Below, one piece after another: positions 1 through 11,819 of a DNA stretch of 64,000 nt. A program made the translations under genes and the position numbers. Source of the stretch: Blepharisma stoltei ATCC 30299 (taxonomy: Eukaryota; Protista; Ciliophora); NCBI GenBank assembly GCA_965603825.1, contig CBFDEM010000054.1:682001-746000 (forward strand). The letters are read 5' to 3'. The first letter of the stretch is position 1; every line of letters starts with the position of its first letter. The notes below the pieces were generated by a model, which was given only the letters and a program-made list of their open reading frames with translations, had not been told where the DNA came from and did no database searches.

Positions 1-133
1 AGCTTTATTTACTTATTATGAGTAGCTTGGCTGAATATAATTTTAATCTATTTTTCAATGCTGAAATCGCAAAAGCAGCAAGTGATATTTACTGGCTCAA
101 AAAATCCGTTCAAGGCAAGATTTGGTATGCTTG

Positions 134-895
134 ATGGAAATCCTAGCAAAATATAATTGTGTATGAATACCTGAATTAAAAGAAGATGATACTTTTTTCC
201 AAAAAATTTGAAATTTCATGTTTGATATAAATAATGAGCACGATATATCCCTCTTTTTAACATTGTGCTCTCAGTCATATGAATTTACAGTTGTTTGCTT
301 CGATAAGTTAATTGACTTCTATTCTGCTAATCCAGATATTAACGAAGATAAAATCATTACTGTACTCAGCTTGCACGAAAAATTAATGATTTATGCGAAT
401 ATAGGCAGCTCACTTGAGTATCCAAAATTTGCCCAAATTGTTGATCAATTGTTTAAAAAGGGCAAAACATGGCGCTATTTAATTACTTTTGTTGACAATC
501 AATTAAATTCTCAATTATATATGAGTGAGTTTTTAGACATTTACTTTAAAAAGCTCTCAACTGGAGCTGCTGGAAAAGGAAAAGATAAAACTGTAATAAA
601 ACAAATGATAATATATACTTTAGCTAGTAATGCCAGAGAAAGCACAAATAAAAGAGAGATAATAAGGGAATATCTATACTATTTGATGAATTATTTGGCA
701 GAAAATACATTCACACGTAGAGAGATCGATAATTATTGCACTTGAATTGAGCAAATTAGTTATTACATACCAAGTTTATATGAATTTATAATGCATTTAG
801 CATCAGAAGAGTTAAAAAAAGCAAAGGATGCAGATGATATTGACCATCAATCTTGTTTGGGAACTTTGCAAATAAAGTGAATGATGAGCAGATAA
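134..895 (+). pseudogene. Probable disrupted gene: unknown helical N-terminal part joined out of frame to a copy of the 3' end of the neighbouring zincin-like gene
   Basis: Frame runs from ATG 134 through in-frame TGAs (164, 209, 743) to TAA 893-895. At about 846 the sequence switches abruptly, in another frame, to a near copy of 2190-2465. Confidence 0.45.
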
Positions 896-1130
896 GCTTT
901 ATTACTGATATAACCAATTGGAATATGAGTTTAGATAAGTTTAAATCAAAATTAAAGCAGTTCAACTCTGACTCATCAACTTACTATCAATTATGCAGAG
1001 ATCAGTACTATTCTATTGATAGAACACCTCATATAAATACTTCTTGCTGATGCTAGAAATTCGTTGCTAGTTTAATTAATAAGAGATTATTAGCTTATTT
1101 TGATAATATGTAAGATTTAAGAAACTTTTA
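846..1130 (+). repeat. Direct repeat copy A (about 280 bp) of 2190-2465
   Basis: Shared atcaatctt(g/a)tttgg...ctttgcaaataaagtgaatga...ttattttgataatatgtaagatttaag. Both copies translate as LFGxFANKVNxEQISFIT. Confidence 0.9.
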
Positions 1131-1563
1131 ATTTAAAATCGAAAATAATATTTTTGTAAAAGTAAATCCATAAAACAAAATTATTTTTAAAGGATATGTG
1201 ACTTCTTGTTTGGGCTAATAAGAACACCAAATTCTTTTAAAAAAATACATAATTTTTAAAAAAATATACTGCTGAGCATTTCGGCAACCTTTTTTAATCT
1301 TTTCTTTGGAGCGTGCATTCATGGATTCATTGTTACCAAGCTTTATAATTCAATAAAATAATATATCTTATCAAAATCATAGGATAAAAATTGATGAAAT
1401 AAATCTTTGAATAGTAAAAACTTAATGGAGCCTTATAATAGACTTATTTTTATATAAATTAAGCTATTAAAAATATCTGTAAAGTGAACAATCCTTTTTC
1501 ATAATTCTGATTCCCAGTCATAAATTCGCTATCTGATAAGTCGTTAGGCTGAATATAATATAG

Positions 1564-2448
1564 CTAAATGATGCAACAAAAATAGAATGCTGAATTCGCT
1601 CAGTATTAATCAAAAAAGGTGTTCCAAATATTCTCGCAAAAACTTTTTTACCAAATGAAGCTAATTTTATCAAGCAGATCCTACAAAAATTATCAACCTC
1701 ATTTCCATTTCAAATTATATTCAATAATAATAATAATAATATTTTGACTGAAGCTAACTCTTATTCTTCCGAAATGATTGGAAGCGTTTGTAAGCCTGCT
1801 TCTTGATCTGATAAAGTTCTTTTCTTATCAATTGTGGAATCTACAGTGGCACGCGCAGCTTTTACAGAGTATGGGTATGATCTTACAAGTGCAGTTGGAT
1901 TTGAAGAAAAAACATTTTATGTAAATTTACCTTTAAAAATTCATAGTGTGACCGTCTTAGGAGGAATTATTCTAATCAATGCAATAAACAAGAAGAAAGA
2001 ATCATTCGGTGAGTGTGCAAATATATTCGCTTATTTGCATGAATTAGCAAATATTTTGAGAAAAACTGAAAATGGACTGTATTTATTTGAAAATGATACT
2101 CCAGATAAAGATGAGCGTTATCCTATGGCTAAGAGAGATGATAGTTATCTGAAAGAAGAGGAAAAGAAAGAAGGAGGAATGCAAATAGAATCAATCTTAT
2201 TTGGAGACTTTGCAAATAAAGTGAATGAGGAGCAGATAAGCTTTATTACTAATATAAAAAATTGGAATATGAGTTTAGATGAGTTTAAATCAAATTTAAA
2301 AGAGCTTAACTCCTGCTCATCAACTTACTATCAATTGTGCAGAGATCAGCACTACTCTATTGATAGAGACCTCAAAAAAATCCTTTATTCTGGAACAATT
2401 AATTCTCTGCTAGCTTTATTAATATTAGTTTATTTTGATAATATGTAA
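1564..2448 (+). CDS. Zincin-like protein fragment with degenerate HExxH motif (HELAN); possibly 5'-truncated
   Basis: Open frame after TAG 1561-1563 with TGA read as Trp; first ATG only at 1774. Motifs AYLHELANILR...TP...EGGMQIESILFG. Confidence 0.5.
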
Positions 2449-2465
2449 GATTTAAGCAACTTTTA
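2190..2465 (+). repeat. Direct repeat copy B of 846-1130
   Basis: Near-identical to copy A. Confidence 0.9.
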
Positions 2466-3380
2466 GTCTGTAAAATCCTAAATCCCCAAACTGCTAAGCC
2501 TATTGAAAATACTGTTTTGGTAAAGTAGCGGTTAACGCATAAAATTTTTAAAAAACTAATAATAAATTTATAATGGCAGCCGATTTGATTAATGATTTGC
2601 TGAAAGTAAGAATTTCTTGGCTGCTTATATTAATCATACTAAACTTATCTCTCTCATGAAGTGTTCCTATTTAAATTTCATCATTATTCTGCATAAAAAG
2701 TTTCATTTTAAATTTTAACAATTTTTATCATTCCACATGTTTTTCCATATAAACTAAAATTTTATAGTTTTTTTTTCACAATGGTTTAATCAGCTGACTG
2801 CAATAATTTTAATTTTTCTAACGAGGCTTCTTCACTACTAGTTCAAGGCTTTGTATCATCATCTGTCTTAAAATCAAACCTCAGCGGCCTATTCCAAATA
2901 TTCCACGCACTGCTTATCGTATTTTTTGAATCATAAGCTCATCATCTGCAGAATAATCAGCCTTATTTTTTTGCTCAGACTCATAGATCGGAACACAACT
3001 CAACCATAAAAACGCTTCCTCATATTTTTTTCCTTATTATAGCACCAACATAAGCTTTCCCAGAAGCAAAAACCTTTCTAATTTCAGCTGTAAAATAATT
3101 CTGGCTTCTTTTAATTCATTTAGCCTATAAAGGGCATAAGCTTTAAAAAAATATAAAGGAAAAGCGAGTGGGGTTATAGAAATTTGGCAGGTCTTTGTGA
3201 ATGATTTCTTCAAACCGTATTAGCTTAATATAAGACTTCATAAGTAAAAACTCATCATTGGGTCTTTTTGACTGGGTTTTCTGAAAAATGAATTATGCTG
3301 CTTAAACCTTTTATATTTCAATAAATAATTACTAAATTTCGCAAATAGCATAATTCTAGTTCTCTCTCCATAAAACACAC

Positions 3381-3551
3381 AAGACATGAAGCAAGAGGAG
3401 TCTTTTTAACCCCTTGAGACTTAGGGACGTCAGTGCTAGCTCCAGGTCTCGGAAATAGACCGCTGCTCACACAGAGTTTAGTCGGCTGAATTCTTCCAGG
3501 AATAGGGTTCCAATCGTTACAAGCGTGCAGAAGCAGTAAATCTGAAAGACT
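3381..3551. other. GC-rich non-coding island, candidate structured RNA
   Basis: About 47% GC by hand count (3381-3540) in AT-rich intergenic DNA. No ATG-led long ORF. Terminal inverted repeat agtcttt/aaagact and internal hairpins. Confidence 0.3.
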
Positions 3552-3591
3552 ATAAGCTAAGTTATTAATAACTATAACTTAATTTTGCAAC

Positions 3592-4830
3592 ATGGACTTA
3601 GAGCTTCCAAGGGCGATTGAAATCCTCCAAAACAAAGACCGGACTTATGATGACTTAGAATGGCTCAGCCGCTACCTATACTGTCTAGAAGACTACAGAT
3701 CCTACGCAGTCCACCTAAATCAAGTTTCTTTATTACAGTTATGCAGACAAATGTCTTTAGAAGTTTATGAAAAGAAAGAAACAATTTTTCAGAAAGGAGA
3801 CCCACCTAACAAATTTTTCCTTATATTAACAGGAGAAGTTGATGTATTTGCCCAGCATGGAAAAGATTTAAAATTAATCGGCAAAGCAACAGTCGGCAAG
3901 CAGCTTGGAGAAAGAGGCCTTGTACGAAATTTGCCTCGATCCCTCACAGCCTGTGCAAGTAAACATACAAATATGATTATGATTCCTCAAGAAGACTTCA
4001 ATAGAATTTTAGGTGTTTATGTGTTTGCCAAGCTAGAAAAAGCTAGGCATTTTGTGGAGCAATTTATTCCACATGTGGGGAAATATTCTCACAGTTTTAA
4101 AGAAAGAGTGGCATATTCTTTGCATTTTGATGATTGTAAAAGAGGAGATTTGATTATAAGTAAAGGGGATTTAAGTGAACAGCTGTATTTCATTTTTGAT
4201 GGAGAAGCTGCAATTACAATAGAATCTGGAGTAAAATATAGGAAAAATGTAGTAAAATTGGGGGTTGGGACTTGTTTTAATGAAGAATGCATATTTTTTG
4301 GGCAGCCAAGCTCGTTTACGATAAGAGTTTCCAGTGAGTATGCAGTTATAGCGAGTTTCAAAAAACAAGATGTTTTTTCGCTGTTTCCTGAAGAAACCAT
4401 TGAAGATTTAAAAAAGAATTTTAAATTAAAGCTTCAAGGGCGAAATATGCTCATAAGATTAGCAAGCCAACAAGAAATAAATAAAGTTTCAGAGCAAGAC
4501 ACAAATCAGTTTAAATTAGCTTCAAAACAAGCAAGAGACAAATTATTATTGTACATAAAACGAAACAAGCCATCAACTCCAAGACGAATTGTGGAAACAA
4601 GCAGAAGGAGATATGGCAGCTTTAAGACCAAATTAGAATTTATGAGAGATTGTAGCCCTAATCGCGTCAGGGAAGAAAGCCCTATGCGTGCTCAAGAAAG
4701 TCCTAGTCGCTATAGAGAAGACAGCAGCATGTCCCCTACAAATGAAAACAGATCATTCCAAGAGGGAAAACTGAGAAGAAGAATTACAGAACTATCAAAA
4801 CCAAGCGAAACTGAAAGTTTTTGGCTTTAA
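3592..4830 (+). CDS. Tandem cyclic-nucleotide-binding domain protein
   Basis: Two CNB-like repeats: IFQKGDPPNKFFLILTGEV...GERGL...PRSLT and IISKGDLSEQLYFIFDGE. Ends in TAA. Confidence 0.85.
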   Translation: MDLELPRAIEILQNKDRTYDDLEWLSRYLYCLEDYRSYAVHLNQVSLLQLCRQMSLEVYEKKETIFQKGDPPNKFFLILTGEVDVFAQHGKDLKLIGKATVGKQLGERGLVRNLPRSLTACASKHTNMIMIPQEDFNRILGVYVFAKLEKARHFVEQFIPHVGKYSHSFKERVAYSLHFDDCKRGDLIISKGDLSEQLYFIFDGEAAITIESGVKYRKNVVKLGVGTCFNEECIFFGQPSSFTIRVSSEYAVIASFKKQDVFSLFPEETIEDLKKNFKLKLQGRNMLIRLASQQEINKVSEQDTNQFKLASKQARDKLLLYIKRNKPSTPRRIVETSRRRYGSFKTKLEFMRDCSPNRVREESPMRAQESPSRYREDSSMSPTNENRSFQEGKLRRRITELSKPSETESFWL

Positions 4831-4894
4831 TTGTTTACATTTTTGAGATAATTAATTAATTCCTAACACCTTGGGGTATATGGACATTTTAAAT

Positions 4895-5845
4895 ATGAGA
4901 ATCAGCCTTATTTTACTATGAATTTTTGCAACAATTGCGATTTCCAAAGAATTTTCAATTTCTGGCTTCAGCTCAGGCGCTTTTATGGCCTCTCAAATGC
5001 ATGTTGCGTTTTCCAAAGATGTGGTAGGAGCTGGGATTATGTCAGGCGGCCCTTATTTCTGTGCTATGAATCATAAACTTTATGCGAAATTCGCATGCAC
5101 GACTTCTCCTTATCTTATTGATGTAAAAATCCTGAAGAGATATACAGATCAATTTTCAAAGCAAGGGGATATAGACGATACAATAAATCTGAAAAATAGC
5201 AAGGTTTGGATTTTTGGAGGAACCAATGATACCATGATAGATGTCGGGGTTGCGAAAAAAGTCAAGGAGTTTTATATGAATTATATTCCTCAAGAAAACA
5301 TTGTAAGCTCATTTGATACTCCTGCAGCGCATGGATTCATAACAAATCACTATGGAAATCAATGCGGGATATATAGCTGGCCTTATGTCAATAATTGCCA
5401 AATTGATGCAGCTGGAGAAATTCTCAGCTTGATTTATGGCCAATTAATCCCAAAAACTCAGCAGAATTTACAAAATCTAATAGAATTCAGCCAAACTGCA
5501 TACGGAATAACTAATGCAGGCTTTGCAGACATTGGCTACAAGTATATCCCTGCAAACTGTAAAACAAAGCAATGCAGAATCCATATGGTTCTCCATGGCT
5601 GCGCAATGAGCTATGATTACTTAGGATCTGTCTTTATAGCTAACGCCGGGTACAATGAATGGGCTGAATCCAACGATATAATTATTATTTATCCACAAGC
5701 TCAAAGATGGACTGACATAAACCCTCACGCCTGCTGGGATGGTTTCGGTATGTCTGGCCCTGACTATGCTTTAAAATCTGGCATCCAAATGTCAATTCTT
5801 TATAAAATGTCCCAAGACTTCAATAATTTCCCACCACTGTCCTAA
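4895..5845 (+). CDS. Secreted PHB-depolymerase-like alpha/beta hydrolase
   Basis: ATG 4895 with a TGA(Trp) in the signal peptide restores the lipase box SGFSSGAFMA. Also GTND, AAHGF, LHGC, GYNEWAESN and YPQ...CWD. Confidence 0.85.
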
Positions 5846-5863
5846 TAAACTCATTAAAATAAA

Positions 5864-8428
5864 ATGGTTTTGCTTTATTTTATCCTATCTTTCTTATCTC
5901 AAGCTTGCCAAATAAAAAAGCACTTCACAGAATGCGCAAATGGGAAAATGAGCGTTGTTTTTTATGCAGAAAATGACTGTAATGAGACTGCTCCAGACCC
6001 TATTCATGGTTTGCCTTGTGACATAATATGCGATCCAGGGCAGGTACTGGACATTAAAAATAATGATTTAATTTGTACTGACTGCCCTGAAGGAACTTAT
6101 AGCTTAGGAGGTGGAATATGAATTGGAGAAGGCGGAATACCTTGAACTGATTATGTAAGAAATGCAGACTCTACATGTTTTGCATATTGAAAAGGCAAAG
6201 AATACATTAATGAAGACTGTATATCATGGACGCCGTACTATGACTCGTTTTTAAAGACAGGTCTTTCTAATATATTAGGACCTTATAGGACAGAATTCAA
6301 AATGCCTGTGCATTTTGTAAAAAACGGAGAAGTTTCGTATAAGTACAAAAAGATGACAAGAATTTATAAAGGGAGTAATAATGGAGCTTTAGCATTCAGC
6401 ACAGGGATAAAGCAGTTGTATTCTGATAGCGAGATAGATGCAATTACATGGAAATATAAAAATTTCACAATAGCAAAAGGAAATCATTTGTTAAACTTCA
6501 CATACACCGCGAATTTAGCTGGAGAAGACATCGATATAAGAGCTTTTATTCTCTACATAAAAATCATCGGAACAGACTATGCATCTTACGAATGCTTGCC
6601 ATGCCCTTTTGGGTCCAGCTCCAAAGGCTCAAGCTCATGTGATGTCTGCCCAAAAGACACCTATCTTGAAAACAGAATCTGTAAGCCCTGCCCAGACGGC
6701 ACATACTCTTACCAAGGCTCAATCGGAATAGGATCCTGCATTGATAGACTCCCATGCACAGAAAATGACTATAAAATGCACTATTCTAAATGCGAAAATA
6801 ATAAAAGGCGAAAATTTTACCAATGAAAAGAGCCTATGATTTGTGACAAAAAATCAGGTATTTCTTTACCAGCCGGAGAACCAGGGCTTAGCTGTGAAGT
6901 CTGCAGCTCTGGATTTTACCATGCTTTAGTCCCTCATACAGAAACTACTGTATGTACCCCATGCCCTCCAGGGACTTATTTAGTAGAGACAGAGTATGAC
7001 CATATTTGCCACCAATGCCCAAGTGGCACACATTCGCTTAATACAATAGAAATGAAGGACTGGTATGAGTTTCCAAGCGATTTTGAGACTGATTGCTCTA
7101 CTTATAGAGGGTATCACTGCAAATTTGTGTCAGGTTGGCAAGCGAATTCTGGATATCTGACCACTGGGATTGTAGATCCTGAGGAGGAGCTAGGATTGAC
7201 AAGGAAGATGAGCTTGGTTAAGGATGGGTCGTTAAAATTTGAATATGAAATCCTTTATGCAATGACAGGGAGGCTGTTTTTGTATATTGATGGAAAAGAG
7301 ATACAGGTTTATACAGAAAAAGGAAGGCATTGAAGTACCATAGCACTAACTGCTGGCCAACATGTAGCAAGATGAATCTATAAAATTGGCGCAGAAAATG
7401 AAGAAGTTAGGATCTATACAATTAGTATTGAAGGATCACTAGAAGGAGGAGCTTCTAAATGTGTATCATGTGACAAAGAGCTTGTCAGTGGCCCTGGAAG
7501 TGCTTTTTGCCGCCGATGTCTTCCTGGCTACGCTCCTAACAGTGAGAACTCAGAATGTGTTGTCTGCAAGCCCAATTATTTTTCATATGATGGCAAAAAA
7601 TGTGTAGAGTGCCCTCAAAATACCAGATCAAGCTCAGACCGCGCTTCATGCGTCGGAATCGGGTATATTAGTTTAGGCGAAGGCAGCTACCACATTGAAA
7701 ATTTAATCGAAAACTCTGGAGACCATGAACTTTTAGTATACACTCATCAGTCCTTTTGGGGCCCAATTGAAGTCCCTCATTCAACCCAAAACTTTTATAT
7801 CTCTGTCCTCAATGCTTCAGAATTTTATTTGCCTGAATTTGAATACTTATACCAAAAAAGCTTAGGATATGCATTTTCTTTAATAGACCCTCCACTGGCA
7901 AACACCAAAGAGAATTTATGCCAAAATCAGCTGATTGTGAATATGGGGAGGACAATGGACGAGATTTTAGAACTTCCTAATGGTTTTGTAGTGAATTATA
8001 GAAATGGTGATAAATGTGACAATAAAAATAATTATTCACTGCAGATCAATTTTATCTGTGATAAAAAGATAAGTAAAGGCTGGCCTCAGCTTAAAAAAAT
8101 CGATAAATGCAAGCATGAGTTTGAATGGAAAACAAGAAATGCTTGTAAGCTGTGCAACCTGGAAAATATTCAAACAACAAGAGGGCACTGCACCAATGGG
8201 TATAGAGAAATCTGGCATACTGAAGGAGAAAAATGCATTTTCTTCAGAAATGAGCCGCCTGTCAGAGAGAGATGCAGCTTGGATTCAGAAGTGTCTTACA
8301 CATACCCAGTTTTAATAGGATCAATCATAATTATCCTGCTGATTATGATCATTTGCTTACTATTTGTATTTTATTCAAGAGAAAAAAACAGATACCATGC
8401 AATTTCTCGAGAATCTGCTCGAAATTAA
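5864..8428 (+). CDS. ELAPOR/KIAA1324 (UPF0577)-like Cys-rich type I membrane protein, 854 aa
   Basis: Four track ORFs join in one frame through six TGA codons. Signal peptide, CxxCPxGTYS repeats, FYQ[W]KEPMIC, MRH-like domain, TM helix and YHAI tail. Confidence 0.85.
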
Positions 8429-8563
8429 AAATAAGCTTATCTAGCCTCTATTTTAAATGCCATATGCCATAATCATTTATTTTTATTTTGCTATTCTGCA
8501 AAACTCCTCATTTCATATTCTTCTAAAAGTTCGCTTAATTGTTGTAAACTTAATAACACAAAA

Positions 8564-9528
8564 ATGGTTTATGCAACCTGCATTTCAACACTTGGAGTAG
8601 CATGGTGTAGTGTTGCCTATCTTTTAGCTGGGGTCTCTTTTCTTGAATTCCTCGCGACAGTACTTTAAAATCAGGGATATCAAGTAATGATGCACATAAA
8701 GCTATTTAGAATCTTCGCAAACAAAATATTGGCAATACTTTATATCCAGGTGCTCCAAACAATTTGTATGTTTTGTCATTACATGATTATTGATGAAGAA
8801 TTCAATGTTATGTTTATGATTATGATATATTTACAGTTCATAGAAAACACTTTAGTATTTTACTACTTTTCAGGAGAAGCATCGAAAATGAAAAAAGGAA
8901 GAATGTATAAAATTATGGGATTTTCGTTGTTAATAGCAAATATAGGATATTTAACTGGGTTTATGGTATATATTGGAGCAGCTAGTGGGTCGAACCAAAA
9001 TATTTATGACTGCACAAATGGGATTTGGATATATTTAAGGTCAAGCGGACTTGTGCTAACCGTAGTTTTCTTTCTTTTAGGTGTGAAAATGGCCCGTGAA
9101 CTCAAAATTCTCAAACAAAACAGTTTGATGATAAACACAAGCAGAGAAAAAGAATTATGGTAATAATTTTCATCAGGGTTTTGATTTTAATTGTTTTATT
9201 TGGAAATACTGTATCGATGATCCAAAACATGATCCAGATTTTGACTCCTCACAACAACTGTGTCGATTTATTTTCTCATGCAAGCTTAGGAGTAAACATC
9301 TTTTTATTCCTCTTATGCAGACTTATGAGCCAAGACATTTTCAATGTATATTGTTTATATGTGTTCTGAGCCGGAAGAAAAGACTCAGACTCAGACGATT
9401 CTGGGGTAATTTTTACCTAGATTTCTCTTCCTATTGAAGAACCATTAGGATCACCATTAGCAGACCACCAATCTAAAGAATTCGGCGATGAAAGTCCAGA
9501 CTCAGGAAACGAAATACCATTTTATTAG
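8564..9528 (+). CDS. About 7-TM membrane protein (GPR137/TOM1-like topology) with three tiny introns
   Basis: ATG 8564; introns 8660-8674, 9160-9176 and 9406-9420; TGA(Trp) at 9367; TAG 9526-9528. About seven hydrophobic segments and an acidic tail. Confidence 0.75.
8660..8674 (+). other. 15-nt spliceosomal intron GTACTTTAAAATCAG
   Basis: GT-AG; contains an in-frame TAA whose removal joins two coding segments. Confidence 0.85.
9160..9176 (+). other. 17-nt intron GTAATAATTTTCATCAG
   Basis: Removal restores the frame between ORFs 8687 and 9157 (ELW|VLIL). Confidence 0.7.
9406..9420 (+). other. 15-nt intron GTAATTTTTACCTAG
   Basis: Phase 0, ends in an in-frame TAG; coding continues to 9528. 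Confidence 0.8.
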
Positions 9529-9560
9529 ATGTATTTCTATTAAAAATATTTTACCAATAC

Positions 9561-10640
9561 TTAAACCTCTTTTTTAGCTGATTTTGACGTAATTGACATA
9601 AAAAGCTCAGCAAGATTTCCATCACTTTTTCGTCTGATTCGCTTGATATCTTCTTCAAGGAAATAATGGACTTCAGGGATTTTTCTTAGCCTTTGGGAGC
9701 ACTGTTCTTTAAGTGGAGATGGCATATAGCGTTTTTCTTTGCGTTGTTTTATGCTAGAATATCGGGGTGTTATGCTTTCTAATGCACTTTTGCCTATTTT
9801 TGTGAGGGTTTCTTTTAAGATTTCGTAAGTCATTTTGTCGTATTGCTTGTGTGTTTTAACGCTTCATACTATGACTGTGATGCATAAAACTAAAAAAATC
9901 AGCCGAATTGTCCCTGATATGTGACGGAGATAAGGGAAATATCAATATAAAAATTTTTCCATGAGGATTTCTAAACAGAATAATCAAAGAAGCTTAACTC
10001 TTGCGTTGGAAGTTTCTGGGCATGATGTTAAAAGCATGCATAAGATGAATGATCCTATGTAAAAAAGAATTGATTTTATATCAAATACTTCGCCTAGTAT
10101 CATTTCTTCTAAATACCCTATTTCGCTAATGCCGTCATATATTTTTCCTAATCATCGTTGGACATATTCTTGCTCCATTTGAATCTCTTTTGCTGTTTTT
10201 TCTGCTAAATCAAGTGCATATAGCGCTTTTTCTGCAGAATCTGACAATCCTTGTATCGTTGCAGACGTTTTGCTTTGCCAAGCACTGAAGCTCAAATAAA
10301 CACAAAGATCAAATGCATGAGTAAAAAATTGTGTATAAGCCAAAAATGTGTTCTGGTCCATTTTCATATAGCAGTTAGTCAGATTTTTAGGACTGCAGTC
10401 GTAAAGTGGAAATCCTACACGCTCTAAATGGCAATTCGTTAATTTTAAAGCAAACTCTGACTGGATATCTTCGTTCATGTCATCGCATTTTTTAAGCATT
10501 GATTGCATAACTTTTTCATTGCAATTGCTGATAGAAGCATAGGTATTGTAATGGGCTTTGCCTGACTCAATGCGGGATTTTAGGTCTTCAAGCTTCGTTG
10601 GCTGGGATGAGACTAATGCCAATAAAAGAATTAATATCAT
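9561..10640 (-). CDS. GEX1: GEX1/Kar5/Brambleberry nuclear-envelope fusion protein, 359 aa
   Basis: Signal peptide, Cys-rich domain (FALKLTNCHLE...C...C..MD...F.AYTQFFTH..LC...WQ), coiled coil and three TM segments. Joined through four TGA codons. Confidence 0.8.
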
Positions 10641-11180
10641 TATTAGCTATTTTGAGGGGATAGGGAATATTTAAATAGGTTTTTTAAATAAGCTTAACTG
10701 AATTTTATATATGTCTGCTGACAAAAATACTTAATAAAAATATGGCAATCGAATAGAACATTTTATGATGATTAGAAGAACGTGTGATTATCATGATCTT
10801 GATTAAAAACTGACCACCTCAATACCTTTATTTTATATTTTGAGTCCTTTTATAATAAGTTAGCAATCCTTGCGCTAAAATTCATTAAAATTTCGAAATT
10901 ATTTTTCTAGAAAATTCTTAAAATGCAAGACTCTTACCACTATAAGCTCTAAAGATCTTATAATAAAACAGATTGCAGGCCCTTTCACAAAAATTCGAGC
11001 CAAAAATTTTCTAATAAATAATATTTTTCTTAAGAAGCTTATTTATTATCACTTCTTATCAGAGTTATGAAACCTTTAAATTTCTTAATAAATTTTTTAG
11101 TTTTTCTATTTAATTAGTCGTCATCCTAATCGATTCCATATTCTCTAAACCCATCAAAAGCCTTTACGTATAGAATCAAT

Positions 11181-11726
11181 ATGAACTGGTATTCCACAAT
11201 TTGGTATTGGTGGAGCTTCTATTCTTTTATTCCTTTGGTGCTTTTGACCCTTTATCGTTTAAGAATCCAAGAAAGTGTATTCACATTGAATGAGAAGGCT
11301 TTGAAGTCTTATACCATTGACACGATATTCCGAGTTCTATTGAGTCCAATGATATTTTATTACAGTTTAGACTCTATATATATATTAATGCAATATGACC
11401 GCCTAGATGCTTGCAATTTTTCGTTCCTAGCTCATCATTTGATTACTTTAGCTGGATTACCGACTGCTATGTCACTCCCTTATTATCCGTGGTTTGCCAT
11501 GGCGCCAGTTACATGGCATGGTTTATTAATTGTCTATCCTCATGAAACTTGGCTGAATTATCCTTACTTAGCTATTTTACTCCTAATGGCCTACGGGATA
11601 AACCAAAAACCATGGAAAGACCTTCCTATTTATCAGTCGCTTGGCAAGTATGGCTTGGCTTTGTTACCGACCTTGGCGGGGCTTTGGCTTTTTAGTTGCA
11701 AAAACGATATGGCCAATGTCCTTTAA
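11181..11726 (+). CDS. Small multi-pass membrane protein (TLC-like FLAHH motif)
   Basis: Intact 181-aa hydrophobic ORF ending in TAA. Confidence 0.7.
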   Translation: MNWYSTIWYWWSFYSFIPLVLLTLYRLRIQESVFTLNEKALKSYTIDTIFRVLLSPMIFYYSLDSIYILMQYDRLDACNFSFLAHHLITLAGLPTAMSLPYYPWFAMAPVTWHGLLIVYPHETWLNYPYLAILLLMAYGINQKPWKDLPIYQSLGKYGLALLPTLAGLWLFSCKNDMANVL

Positions 11727-11819
11727 TAGATAATTTAGCATTAGAATTTATTTAAATGTATTTCATAAAACAGAAGTTTATATTTTTATTAAAAAAGGAA
11801 TATTTCTAATAATCTTGAC

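Noticed and set aside
2700-3100. Coding-like minus-strand segments
   Set aside because: All frames I read contain TAA/TAG and no recognisable motif, so I cannot support a call.
3381-3551. Telomerase RNA, SRP, U3 or RNase P/MRP identity for the GC island
   Set aside because: No CCCTAACA-type template, no SRP helix-8 AGCAG, no box C, and no convincing P4 consensus.
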